A stretch of 62,520 bases of DNA, counting the filler, from Candidatus Methanoxibalbensis ujae (lineage in GTDB: Archaea; Halobacteriota; Syntropharchaeia; Alkanophagales; Methanospirareceae), in NCBI GenBank assembly GCA_026134085.1. It is 5 parts of 5 records of this genome, joined end to end, with 100 filler letters (N's around TTAATTAATTAA, not from the genome) between each part and the next. Parts side by side here need not be neighbours in the genome. Positions count along the whole stretch, not along the records: positions 14,460 to 28,770 come from JAOQIN010000044.1; positions 28,871 to 42,941 come from JAOQIN010000045.1; 3 more parts are not named here. One strand, 5' to 3'. Shown here piece after piece: positions 23,401-32,100 of this stretch (the stretch's first letter is position 1; each line of letters starts with the position of its first letter). The notes beneath the pieces were generated by a model. The model was not told the DNA's origin and did no database searches. It worked only from the letters and a program-made list of their open reading frames with translations. The translations under genes and the position numbers were made by a program.

Positions 23401-23578
23401 GAACAAAATGATTGTGCCTGGTGAGGAAAAAGCAGGAGGCTCTTCGGGATTCTCACTGTGGGAATATCTCATTAAAGTTTCCGCTTTCCTCATCGGTGTT
23501 GCTTTCCTCGTTCTCGGCTATTTATTTGAGAGAAGGAGGCACAATGCCAATGCAGCGAAGCATGTGAGAAAAGAATGA
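14462..23578 (+). CDS. Giant cell-surface glycoprotein: ~15 CARDB (Ig-like) modules, DUF3344-like domain and C-terminal TM anchor; 5'-truncated
   Basis: Frame is open to the linker. Repeated VDPxNxxxExNExNN motifs, DUF3344-like block (ARLYLYWVW…YGTYAYDVT…LLVVYED…WINEG), many NxS/T sequons, and a TM helix followed by ERRR. Confidence 0.85.
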   Translation, partial: DLLDKATVAFSKGNETKHVEFDLTVDKAGNHSLEVCVDCNDTVKEFNETNNCRSINICVHKGNDFAVTNITFKPSEPLIGDIIEINATIANFGNREGGTIIEFYDNKSIELRRTRDDYSGGRIINDIIMIPEALKIRVHFSYIAADSYIKIYERDNPIPIAIYNTWSDISDNWTKWCDGDTIRIESHSGEFTVDRYEAMLANETVYLSAGNSTNISSVLNLTSQEFGWVINGTHNITVKVDPYNQVDELNEANNAKTVQIDVNPSLDFAVTNIYFGPEEPVLNDNIEIKANITNFGNRSGKTFVEVYYDNRTIGLEREISGEGNSTDVISLPPGVTGARLHFKRVQVGSYGYIRIYDENGNLVENIKEKGWTDYIYSKNITINAECWLNTESIAFKIDKYEALIANESVILNASESKNVTASWNATTLYGGAGPHNITVRIDPHDVFAEKNEMNNILIKRIFVNGTDLAVTNIDIPHENLFAGLNVNITATIANLGAIDAHNFSVFFRYRDQRNNSYVVFNTTNIYYLPAGNSTNITVSWKPPERGFYTINVSVTFVPLVDNDETNNMKSENITDQVYPGWDFSIENVSVYPEKVREGENVTIVATVGNPGLVSENVSVGFFVNYTDFAAGDERFERIGTVNVFVPVNKTTNISFNWTANVHGGDHLIVAVVDPDDEFDESKYEKDSDTMKDSDTMTSEGGSIYFRGEFVRNNVRNTTLHIIPPDLNILNLSINPSAPNIGDTVNITVEIRNNGNTTANSTVWFYVKRDVSVHGETGFTWSLWRPENAKMRVHFDFINITFKEGKGVVNAYNENKEPVCFYVTEGKGANAQAVKVFNIKSSSTNESTPGYSSCWHITCLKNEECKCWRWHWSICNCTNDSLVDQKRWQNIWTDWCDDKKLEVNAKGHDYNTQNCKNLLGVEFLIDEYQFLLGNKTVTLKPGESKLCNFSWNINFPLEAKAAGKNYTFMAFVENEHVEKETHIGGTDLGVVNISIEPFVGRVEDGIIVWDSNIVRINATIKNFGSMNASDFNVSFYESASSCKLLGTKHIEELPVGNSITISFTWNASIRYTEKKINTYEINITIDSNKNHEEDYKNNTFSQNVNVRESRDFFVSNLSFSVNNETIRPDSSGKIWLNLYDNVTLNAIINITNYANQGGTVNVSFYLDDKEHEIGSRTVIFGPGYGNRTIYTETRCVNISWKPEVIGEHNITVVVDSLEKIYEINESNNTYTQPIHIRASDLVVENLNVNPKILNRCENAYINVTIANRGKLNESNVTLVIYDCARRHVEDLSLNERYCGFSTIAVERENATAMRLYLDLAIEGGEVCIYDSKGREVECYDHSFHGWTPWILGNKSVVKTIKENVYAKVSKVYYLEESSEIFMASIPKLNINETVNISANWTASSCGERFIIAIIDPENSVPEYNESNNNLAQFITVQTADLKVCNISFRWLNGSQISEKETIKHGDNLTITANVTNIGVENASEFYIRFLVDDMPIKNETIQGLAKGSIISVNANWTAIVGEHVIKVEADYGDRIDETNKTNNIEAKEIYVSGAEVTGSTSWETLGLHGDILFEPTQPYDEDTVNITVNITNIGCLNATDFNVLLFYDYSPDHWETYPGHSTDGWVWVNKTYPGANLVYLRIIDRAKKEYIRTPYGDEIWRWNPLDPDDVEVYDAEGNAVLNISNFNDVCNWAQMLDYKECWIPVQGDTANVKVYGGLWEDFIIFFYPVHQNGISMLYEGINVPINSSVNLTPPMQTEVRAGDFKVIAVIDPENKVPEDDKADNIISRTIHVKPTRDFTVLNVTADNVLSDTDTTNITAEVANLGLRNGTAEVSFVDYETENCTYRYHFNKRLPHSYLPIPPDACYLGPETPHWIHFTNLTIIHRPGVDAIQLHFNQINLLKDDNAIGAIGIYNGTGNRIWYREYDKYHCHWENYNITVPGDTVYIYNNSLATFSLSGYETKKVIYKENVHLNATKTWNETKNITTKWLATTGNHFINVTVWNETIKEINESNNSFVLHLNVNASRDPTIENITFNPLHPKDGDDVTITAIVRNNGTKTATFMVDLWLNLTRNSSIAPVPDADWAIHHKKGNRTSYIIHLKRENVTLGPGKNGSVSAVWHNISIEGDPNYEVIAIVDPLDCIDEINNSQSDNDMRKEIKMNYPDLTATKFISPSREDRNASVVIANTGVKNASNVTVRFEVSEYQETEITGSKTGMRCIKKEGAKNIRVHFKWLDASDKGRLEIRKNKTDDVPVKVYYDEEFCGWSPWIDGDRIWLVYSLSGRRSFKIDAIEWGEIIEENINTIEAGESVKIRIPPRWGDPENYTQPRRLKVIVDPYNNITELREDNNSRTGTIYIDLMLVEYKKKVGRKEEEGKIHFVSPSKDFLCVLAEEFEISAKIKNNNEIEGIVFPVSDFNITLEVRDDNGTVVFRKSKNYQDFSPKNKTLYAGEEEEITFIEKSIFGKPFSEDYKYFNVSIIVDSENDINEANEFYGGGEGNNMAQETPNVWSGSGYMGGDLYEITPLDNKIYGDILFSIGNSAYREGNIKFSDIQIPNSVNIKLARLYLYWVWSKDEFPNVDMKFNDVDLSPDERYSQRPKASAHDHWYGTYAYDVTDIVNDAAGQGDSYEATATIDEGYLSGMLLLVVYEDDSKPLIKYWINEGAELMMAKNKEWPTGLGFDQCIAKASFVGDVDISKVSKAELLTVIPSWKVEDLSDDVTIGDALMFNGWNVGTPRGKSYWKYEGEDCMALTANHWEDVTNYLESTNNKAEIQSKGNFMMATNAVLKVTYLPDLTVSFESAPSSVKAGTTQTIKVRVSNLGESKAENFVVRLNASKGTPSEQTIELLNGTYEGNNTVTVDFKWTAPKLAMPSSGYIQRVEENVNISVEVDPSNKIEELNENNNADDVTVTVWDVLTRNPELRPPGGRGAGGGTGTGFGTGNRSGREAVAFGGAPAESEEAGKGKEVKVKKERAHETLWGYLLNKMIVPGEEKAGGSSGFSLWEYLIKVSAFLIGVAFLVLGYLFERRRHNANAAKHVRKE

Positions 23579-23608
23579 AAGAGTAGAGGTGAAGAGAGGT
23601 GAAGCGGG

Positions 23609-24286
23609 ATGGTATGGTTTGAGGCGCTGAAAGGCACAATAACTGCACTGCAAAACATAATATATCTCATTTCCAATGCACTGCTTATCCCGGTAATGGC
23701 ATTGCTTGTCGGCGGTGTGGCAGTCTCCCTCTTTGAACTCGGCAGATTCGTGTATGAGTTCATTCAGCGAAGGAGACATCCGAGCAGAATAGATGAAATA
23801 GCGTGGATTTTTTGTGAAAAGGCAACTGAAGAAAGCAAAGTTAAGAGTGGCGAGGAACTTTCAGAAGCGCTGAGAATTATCCGCTCAAAGGGTTCAAGCA
23901 GACTCGTCCACGATTTCATAAATGATTTGGAGCGGTTGAGGGGTATCCGTGATGAGCGCATTTTGAAAGTGCAAGTGGAGAAGCTGATCCAGGATTACGA
24001 GGAGAAAGCGGCGAAGCGGACGGAAATAACGAGGATTCTTGTCCGGGTGGGACCTATGCTCGGGCTTATGGGAACACTTATTCCGATGGGACCTGCGCTT
24101 CTCGCACTCTCTCAGGGAGATGTGGTGACGCTTGCCAACAATTTAATCATCGCTTTCGGCACGACAGTTCTTGGATTGCTGATCGGTGGCGTCGCTTACA
24201 TGATGACGGAGGTGCGAAACCGCTGGTATGACAGGGATTTGCGCGATATTGCATATATCTGCGAGGTGCTGTTCGGGGAAGAATAA
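23609..24286 (+). CDS. MotA/TolQ/ExbB proton-channel family protein (HmuU-like)
   Basis: RVGPMLGLMGTLIPMGPAL…IIAFGTTVLGL signature and three TM segments. Confidence 0.92.
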   Translation: MVWFEALKGTITALQNIIYLISNALLIPVMALLVGGVAVSLFELGRFVYEFIQRRRHPSRIDEIAWIFCEKATEESKVKSGEELSEALRIIRSKGSSRLVHDFINDLERLRGIRDERILKVQVEKLIQDYEEKAAKRTEITRILVRVGPMLGLMGTLIPMGPALLALSQGDVVTLANNLIIAFGTTVLGLLIGGVAYMMTEVRNRWYDRDLRDIAYICEVLFGEE

Positions 24287-24336
24287 AAAGAGGGAAAGGT
24301 AAAGATAGGAGAAAAAGGGAGGGAGGTGATGGATTG

Positions 24337-24723
24337 ATGAGATATATGCGTGACAGAGGAGGAAACAGGAAAAGAAATGCAAGGAGTGCAGGAGGTGCTG
24401 GTGGAAGGAGGAGGGATGCGGACGAGCCTCTGACAGGTGTTGCAAACTTATTTGATGTTGCGATGGTATTCGCACTCGGCTTGATGGTCGTTATTCTTAT
24501 GTATTACAACCTTCAAGAGCTGTTGAAGCCGCAAGATGTGACCATCGTGAAAAATCCAGGACAGAAAAACATGGAAATAATTGTGAAACATGGAAAGAAA
24601 ATAGAGCGATTGAACATGACTAACCAGACAGTGCAGGCGGAAATTCTTGGAGAATGGGCAAGAATATATGAAACGAGGGGTGGTGGCAAAATCCTTGTGC
24701 CTACAAATGAGAGTAAGAGATGA
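24337..24723 (+). CDS. DUF2149 family protein (ExbD/MotB-like, HmuV-like)
   Basis: EPLTGVANLFDVAMVFA and VTIVKNPGQKNMEIIVKHGKKIER. SD GGAGGTGA at 24322. Confidence 0.9.
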   Translation: MRYMRDRGGNRKRNARSAGGAGGRRRDADEPLTGVANLFDVAMVFALGLMVVILMYYNLQELLKPQDVTIVKNPGQKNMEIIVKHGKKIERLNMTNQTVQAEILGEWARIYETRGGGKILVPTNESKR

Positions 24724-25238
24724 GAGAGTGAGAAATGAGAGTGGGATCCCATCTCAAAAAGAAATAAAATGCAGGAATGTTGAGCTCCGATAGCTCTGAA
24801 CTGTCATCCACGCCGCCTGTGACAGTTGCGCATGTCTCACCCAATCTCAAACATCAGGGAGACTCAACCCGAAAGAGGAGAAATTGAGTTTGAACTTAAT
24901 ATGCAGGTCGTCAAAATCGTAACAGTGAAGGTTTGATAAGTTTCTTTCTCAATTTTTTAATACTATAACTTTACTATTCCTACATTATTGAACGATTTGA
25001 AGATAAAATTATTTCTGATGGAATGAATGCTCAATTCTTCTTTGAAGCTAGTTAAGCAGCTCTCACCGCTATTTGGTTTACTTGTTAAGAAAAAACAGAA
25101 TATAAATAAGGAACTAATACATGTGTAATAAGCACATATAAGCACAGCGGGTTTGTTTTCCCGCATGCAGCGGGATGATACCTCAAGACCTCAATGAGGG
25201 GCTGCTGCGGAATGCGGAAGGGCACAGTTGCCGCCTGC

Positions 25239-25919
25239 TCACCTGCGACGAAATGCATAAAGCAAAACTGCGAAAATGACGAATGCGAATGTGAGTTCAA
25301 ATCCCGGAACACTTGGCGCTCCCGGACTCTTTTGCGGCGTATTTGTGGGATGCTCGCTGACAGTGGGTGCAGGTGTTTCAGGAGTCTCAGGAGTTTCTTC
25401 TGGCATCTGCTTCGGAGTTTCTGTGGGCATATGCGGCGAAGGCATGGATGCGGTTGTCGGATATCCAGCGCTCTTCCATGCGTTTATTCCTCCCTCAAGA
25501 TTGAACACATTGTAACCATATTGTGTGAGGATTTCGCATGCCCGCCTGCTTCCTGAACCACTCCTGCAATAAACAATTATCATCTTTGATCTGTTTATTT
25601 TCTTCTCAACATCCTCCTCGGACATCAGCTCCAGCTCTGATATCGGTATGTTCAACGATTCCACACCTTCCAATGATATATGCTCATTTTCATGCTCTGA
25701 TTTCGTCCTTACATCAATCAGAATCGTCTCAGATGGCGCATCCGTCAGCATCTCATGTGCTTTGTCCGCATCTATATACATGCATCCATCCCCCCCCGGA
25801 GGCATGGGCGGAATTGGCAGTGGCTCCTCCGCTGCAGCGCCGCATCCAGCATACGCCACAATGCTCAACACGAACACGATAAGCAGTCCTTCCCTCAATC
25901 TCAGTCTCATCAGTCTCAT
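25239..25919 (-). CDS. Secreted rhodanese-domain protein with PGF-CTERM anchor
   Basis: Signal peptide, LIDVRT, YCRSGSGS, NLEGGINAW, Pro/Thr/Glu linker and VPGF+TM+RRR. Confidence 0.88.
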   Translation of the reverse strand: MRLMRLRLREGLLIVFVLSIVAYAGCGAAAEEPLPIPPMPPGGDGCMYIDADKAHEMLTDAPSETILIDVRTKSEHENEHISLEGVESLNIPISELELMSEEDVEKKINRSKMIIVYCRSGSGSRRACEILTQYGYNVFNLEGGINAWKSAGYPTTASMPSPHMPTETPKQMPEETPETPETPAPTVSEHPTNTPQKSPGAPSVPGFELTFAFVIFAVLLYAFRRR

Positions 25920-26008
25920 ATTCCATGAGAAATGGAGAAGAAGAAAAAAAGCTTTCGCTCATGGCAGAAAGAAAATGAAAAGAAGTCAGAAAGAGAAAAC
26001 AGAACAAC

Positions 26009-26848
26009 ATGCATTCAGCAGCTGACACGCATGTATTGGAACTGCTCGGAAGGACGAGAGTCGTCATTGAGCGCGGTGAAGTTGTTGAAGTAGGCGAGCC
26101 GATTGTGAGATATTGCCCGCTATGGGAGAAGCTTGGAATAAAAACGATAGACAGGAACATCGTGAGGGAGAGAGTGGAATTTCAGATGAGAGATTTCGGT
26201 CTTTGTTCTGCAAATCGGAAACTTGATCTCGGAGTTTTTGTGGATTTTGGAGCATCTGAAACGCTTATGACCGCGCTTCGCGCACGCATTTTGGACGCTG
26301 TCGTGTCTGTTTGTGATGGTGCTGGAACTGTTATCACATCAAATCCCTCACTTGTGCAGGGTATCGGTGCGAGGATAAGCGGGATCATTGAGACCTCACC
26401 TATTGATGCAGTTCTGAGGAAACTCAGATCGCTCGGCGGCTTTTTGCTGTCTCCACCGCGCATCTCTCAGGTTGATGGCTTGAAATTCGCAATGGATGAG
26501 CTCGGCTTCTCACGCGTCGGCGTCACTGTTGCCTCTGTTGAAGATGCTGAAATGTGCAGGGATCTGAGTGAAAATGCCGTCATATTTGCGGTACATCTCA
26601 CCGGAATATCCGAAGACGATGCAGCAAGACTGTGTGAGGTTGCGGATGTCGTCACTGCATGCGCATCCGCAGCAATACGAAAGGAAGCGATGAGAAAAGC
26701 GCTGATTCAGGCGGGAATTTCAGTTCCTGTGTTCGCAATCTCGCCAGCCGGCAGGGAAATGCTGATTGAGCGTGTGAGGGAAATGCGAAAATCTGTCGTC
26801 ATAAGCACAGCAACACCTCATGGAAAACATCCCATACCTCTCATATGA
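26009..26848 (+). CDS. Methanogenesis marker protein 8 (DUF2099)
   Basis: HVLELLGRTRVVI…EP…YCPL, FGASE, VCDGAGTV…LVQGIGARISG and ACAS. Confidence 0.88.
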   Translation: MHSAADTHVLELLGRTRVVIERGEVVEVGEPIVRYCPLWEKLGIKTIDRNIVRERVEFQMRDFGLCSANRKLDLGVFVDFGASETLMTALRARILDAVVSVCDGAGTVITSNPSLVQGIGARISGIIETSPIDAVLRKLRSLGGFLLSPPRISQVDGLKFAMDELGFSRVGVTVASVEDAEMCRDLSENAVIFAVHLTGISEDDAARLCEVADVVTACASAAIRKEAMRKALIQAGISVPVFAISPAGREMLIERVREMRKSVVISTATPHGKHPIPLI

Positions 26849-26917
26849 GGCTTATGATGCTCTCATATTGCTCTCATATGATGCATCCTGCCATGCATTC
26901 TGCAACCCTCATCTTCT

Positions 26918-27757
26918 TCATTTTCCACCACCGGCGCTTTGATGAGTGCGGCGAAGCGGAAGCACAAACAGCTTTCCGGTGACCTCGTTTCTGCCTATTA
27001 TCACATCAACACCAAACACTTTCCGTATGTTATCCGCTGTAACAACATCTTCAGGTCTCCCAATAGCAACGATTTTCCCCCTGTCAATCATTATAAGCCT
27101 GTCACAAAAAAGAAGTGCGATGTTGAGATCGTGTATGGCTGCTATGACAACAATGCCCTTCCAGGTCAGTTCACGCAGTATTTCCATTATCTCAATCTGA
27201 TAGTTTATGTCAAGATGAGCGGTGGGTTCGTCAAGCAGCAGTATCTTGGGCTGTTGGGCAAGCGCTCTCGCAATCATCACACGCTGCCGCTCGCCACCAC
27301 TCAGCTCGTTTATCTTGCGAGATGAAAACTCAAGACATTTGGTCATTCGCATGCATTCCTCCGCTATCTCTATGTCGCGGCGGGATTCAAGCGCAAACCT
27401 GCTCGTGAGATGCGGATTCCTGCCCATCAGAACAATGTCAAGCACAGTGAAATCAAATGATATGTGCGTGTCCTGAGGAACAAAAGCACATATCTTCGCA
27501 AGCTCTTTGTGGCTGAAATCTGAAATATCTCGGTTGTAAAAGAGAATTTTGCCAAATTTTGGCTTCAATATGCGAGCAAGCACCCTCAGTAATGTCGTTT
27601 TTCCTGAGCCATTCGGTCCTATGATTCCTATAAACTCTCCTTTTTCAGCGCTGAATCTCACACGATCAAGCACTTTCTTGAAATAATATGCATCAACATC
27701 ATTCACTTCAACCGCAGGCAACTCCTCCTCAGCAGGCAACTCCTCCTCGGCGCTCAT
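26918..27757 (-). CDS. ABC transporter ATP-binding subunit, iron-siderophore/heme/cobalamin type
   Basis: GPNGSGKTT, VPQ, MGRNPH, LSGGERQRV, LLDEPTAHLD and HDLN. Start taken at MSAEEELP (27757). Confidence 0.9.
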   Translation of the reverse strand: MSAEEELPAEEELPAVEVNDVDAYYFKKVLDRVRFSAEKGEFIGIIGPNGSGKTTLLRVLARILKPKFGKILFYNRDISDFSHKELAKICAFVPQDTHISFDFTVLDIVLMGRNPHLTSRFALESRRDIEIAEECMRMTKCLEFSSRKINELSGGERQRVMIARALAQQPKILLLDEPTAHLDINYQIEIMEILRELTWKGIVVIAAIHDLNIALLFCDRLIMIDRGKIVAIGRPEDVVTADNIRKVFGVDVIIGRNEVTGKLFVLPLRRTHQSAGGGK

Positions 27758-28034
27758 ATCCGAACTCTTGCCACATTGCTCATTCCATTGTCCGCTCCGC
27801 CGCAGTGACATACTCAACGATGACATCATAGGTGCCAAAACGAAAAGCATTGCGGTGAGCTGCTCGGTGCCGCTCGTTATCCTCATCTGAGAGTAACGAT
27901 GCCATATAGGGATAGACACTGCGCTGACTTCATGTCTTACTAATAGAAGATAAATAATAAAATAGCGGTATATTAATAAGAAAAAGTTATTGATAAAAAG
28001 CGTGTTCATAAACATCAAACAAAATAAATAATGA

Positions 28035-28625
28035 AAGACTATCAACCTCTTTTATGGTGACGGTATAGCGGAAAACTGATTGAGTTACTGAATGAATTTG
28101 ACATTGAAAAGAATAAGATATAGAGGGCGGCGATAGCGATGTATTTCTTCAAGCTTTAGATAGCACTAACTCTCAACATCTACTGTTACTGGATAGAGAG
28201 GTTCAAAGGCGTCTGAAGGGAAAGAGGTCAAAATTGTAATATCAAGATGTTGATGAAACAATTTGTACAATAAGAAGTGTTATCTCTTCGCTTCTCTGGA
28301 CATAGAAAGGAATAAAATCATCCAGATGGTTTATCAGGGAATGCATTGACAGCCTATTCCTTAAGTGCTTAGTGAGAGGTTGAAGAAACCATTCTTGATA
28401 AAGGGCCATGGTGCAAAGACGCTCTAAATAGTTTAGGTATTAAATGACATGAAAGCATTTGAGAAAGGAGCCTGGTTGAGTCTTCAGCTCTTTCAAACAG
28501 GGAGCCGAGATTTTTTTGCTCCATAACAGTCAAGGAAGAGAGAGGAGGAGTTTGGAAGTTTGAGGTGCTATGGCTGGAACATGTTCTGCAGGATGTTCGC
28601 TCAACATGGTGAGGCGGTGTTATTA
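28035..28625 (+). mobile_element. Heavily degraded IS6-family transposase relic
   Basis: Frameshifted fragments KLIELLNEFDI, VDET, CYLFASLDIE, ILDKGPW.KDALNSLGIK and ERSLVES match archaeal IS6 DDE motifs. TIRs not clearly recognisable. Confidence 0.7.
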
Positions 28626-28770
28626 GTTTTTTATAAAAATAAGTAATAATAAAATAAAATAATAAAAATAAAAAATAATAAAAAAATAAAGTCATATCAG
28701 CTCTATATAACCGACGGAAGCCTTCAGGATCAGGAGGACATCACCTGCATCTGCGAGTTTTCCGTTGTTG

Positions 28771-28870
28771 NNNNNNNNNNNNNNNNNNNNNNNNNNNNNN
28801 NNNNNNNNNNNNNNTTAATTAATTAANNNNNNNNNNNNNNNNNNNNNNNNNNNNNNNNNNNNNNNNNNNN
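28771..28870. other. Artificial contig linker
   Basis: Same N/TTAATTAATTAA/N spacer. Confidence 0.97.
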
Positions 28871-29184
28871 TATTTTTCTTCTTAGCTTTCTGATGATAAA
28901 AAATTATATAAAATGAGCGTTTGACCCCCATATATCAGTGTCATTGGAAAATTTTAAAAGTCAATTTAAAGGCTTTCTTAATTAATATCAATGTTAGAAT
29001 AGGATAATTTTAAAAATTTTCAATATAAAATAAGTATCATTTGTCAGAATTTTATGTAAAATTAAAAGGAAAATACGCAAAATTATTGTTTATTATATCT
29101 ATAAATTGAGAGAAAGAGGTTCAGTTTAGGGCTTGCATTTTTCCAAAAACATATATATGGCACCATTTCATTCATACTATCAGT

Positions 29185-32100
29185 ATGAGGGGGAAGGAAG
29201 ATGGCGGGGTAAAAAGGCATGTCTCAATCTTTGTTTTTTTAAGTATCGCTTTCTGCCTCATATTTTGTATGGGCACGGTCAGTGCAGCCCCTTCTATCGT
29301 GGCATGGTCTTCCTCTGGGGGAAACCCAACAAATAAAGACAATCCCCAAGATTTGATGTATCTTGTCAAACCAGGAGATGTCATTACTTTTGAAATCGCC
29401 ACTTCTGAACCTTGCAGTTATAACTGGTCTGTTAACAAAGTTGACCAGGGCATAAATTCAAACACATTTACCTTTACAGTCCCTTCTCTCAACTGCTCTC
29501 AAGATCCTTCAGAATGCATCTGGGAAATCCATGTCAAAGCCTATAATGATAATGGAGAAGCTCATCAGGAATGGGTTATTTCCACTTTAAATGAGTCAGA
29601 GGCGCCAGATATATTTGATTACTTCACAGATAAAAAATATCAAAGCAGAACAGAAACAGATCCCTGGGGTAGAGCGTTGCCTGAATGGAAATATAATTCC
29701 AAATGGGATGAACCCGATGTTTCAAATTGTGATTACCGCATTTCTGCAGATCAAGAGGCTATGTTGGCGATTTTAAATGGGCACGATGTTGCTTTTGGAA
29801 CATGGAAATTCAGATTTTATATTCCACCGAATGAACCACGCGATCCGCAAGGAATCTCATATATTGATTATCATTTCCTAAAACTCAAATCTGGAGATAC
29901 CTTTAAATTCCGAGCCTCTTCTGAAAGCCATTGGTTTTTCTATCATCATAATGTAAATGGTACAGCAGCAACAATTATGATAGATCAAAACTCTGCCATA
30001 ATGAGGCCTTTTGACGATTTTTATGAAGGGAAAATTATAAGAATGCCAGACGGCACTATCTATCTGTATCTAAATGATGTTTTAGCTTGGTACTGGCAGG
30101 AAGCCGCGGGAGGAAATGAGACTTCAAGAGAGGAGGATTGGGATACGTTCTCTATATATTTGGATCAATCAAAACCAGATATGCCAGATAAATTTCCGAT
30201 TATAGATTGTATCGAAATCTATAAGAATAAGTATCTTCTCCCTTCAAAAAATGTAACTTATGGAAAATATGCAAGCAACTGGCTAAATATAGAGGAAGGT
30301 TATCCTCAAAATTATGAACCAATTAAAAGACAAGGTATTATAGTTCGTGGTAAAGGTGTAAGATTAATTGACATTTATAATATGATTGATAACGAATCAT
30401 TGTTCACCTATGACCAGAAAACAAAAACAGCAATTTGCTATACAGATCTTGTGCTTGATTATGGAGCGGAACTTATCATCGAAAATGAAACTCTAAAATT
30501 CCACTGCAATTCTCCAAGAGAGCATTGGCTTTCCATGCTTTGGGCATCCAGAATTAAAATAATAAACTCTACAATTACATCTAATAATAATAATTATTGG
30601 ATTTGGCGCTCAGATAGCACAACACACTTGGGATTTCCTGCACAATTTCTTTTAAGTCCGTATACGTATGGAGTGGCGCCTTTAGGATATGCAAGTTTAC
30701 AATCCATAATCATTGAGAATTCAACAATAGATAATACAGCTTATATGTTTCTTGATTCTTTCTTTGAATTAAAGATTAGGAACAGCAAGATTATAAACTT
30801 AAACGAAGTGGATATAGGAAATTACTCAAAATATGGAACAACAAGAGAAAGACAGCACAAGGAGTTCGTAAAAGGAAACAAATCTTTTTGGATTCTTCTT
30901 AAAGAAATTCCAGCAGTAAGATTTGAGATTGATAATGTTGTTTTTTCTGGAAAGAGTAGTCCAGTAAATATCACTTTTATCATTAATGCGGATAGAAAAA
31001 CGAAAGAAAGGGACTGGGGTCTGTTTAGATTAAATATTTATAACTCAGATTTTGGTAATGAAAACATAGTAGTTAGAAAAAGTGCAAAGTTCCATCCGAT
31101 ACATCGTCCAGATTGGCCTACTTGGTTTGAAAATATCATAGGATTGGTAAACTGCAAGTTTAAAAATCTTATTATCCTCACTGATATGAGCTATGTTATT
31201 TCGAAGTATTATCTTGATGTTAAAGTAGTAGATGATAATGGAAATCCTGTAAAAAATGCTACTGTAAGAGTAGTAAATGAAGTTGATAACCAAAATTATC
31301 CTGCTGAAAATATTGTATTTAAGCGCATTTTGCATCGTAATATTCCTGGCTGGAATCAAAATGAAGACTGGGCCTATGAAATAATCTTATATGAACCGTT
31401 AAATTACACACTAACAGGTTCTAACGGGCATACACCACTACCATCAGAAGACCCTGCTCATACTATCGTAATTGGAGATTATGTAAAAGATATCAATGGA
31501 GCAACTCAATTTACCTACACCATCACCGCCTCTTATAATGGAAAAACAGCCTCCCTTTCAGGTTTAGATATAGATGAAAGCTGGTACAGAGAGAACCCTG
31601 ATGTGCCAACAAAGACAGTTGTTTGCAATATCGATACTGGTAATTGCTGGGTAGAAGGGGTTGCAACAGGCACTCTAAAAGGCAAGGTAACAGACAAAGA
31701 CACAGGACAACCAATAGCCGGTGCCACAGTAACGGCAAACTCCCACCAAACAACAACGAACTCAACAGGAGATTACATTATTACAAACCTACTGCCAGGA
31801 AGCTACACAGTAACTGCTTCTAAGGAAGGCTATTACTCAAGCACAGCAACCGCAGAGATTTTCGCAAATCGAACAACAACTCTGAACTTCCAACTGACTA
31901 AAGTGCCTGTGGACACAACTCCGCCAGAAATCTCTGACATAAACATAAGTTCCATCACCACTCACTCGGCAGTTATTTCTTGGAAAACAAATGAACTCTC
32001 AACATCTCTCGTCAAATACGGAACATCCCCAGGCTCCTATCCTCACTCTAAGGAAGATGCCTCCTACACCACCTATCATTCAATCATACTTACTGGTCTT

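Noticed and set aside
25290..25310. GAGTTCAAATCCC, resembling a tRNA T-loop
   Set aside because: It is the antisense of the PGFEL codons of the rhodanese PGF-CTERM; no cloverleaf around it
27758..28045. Long N-terminal extension of the ABC ATPase in the ORF track
   Set aside because: Not ATPase-like and runs through an AT-rich promoter region; the real start is likely 27757
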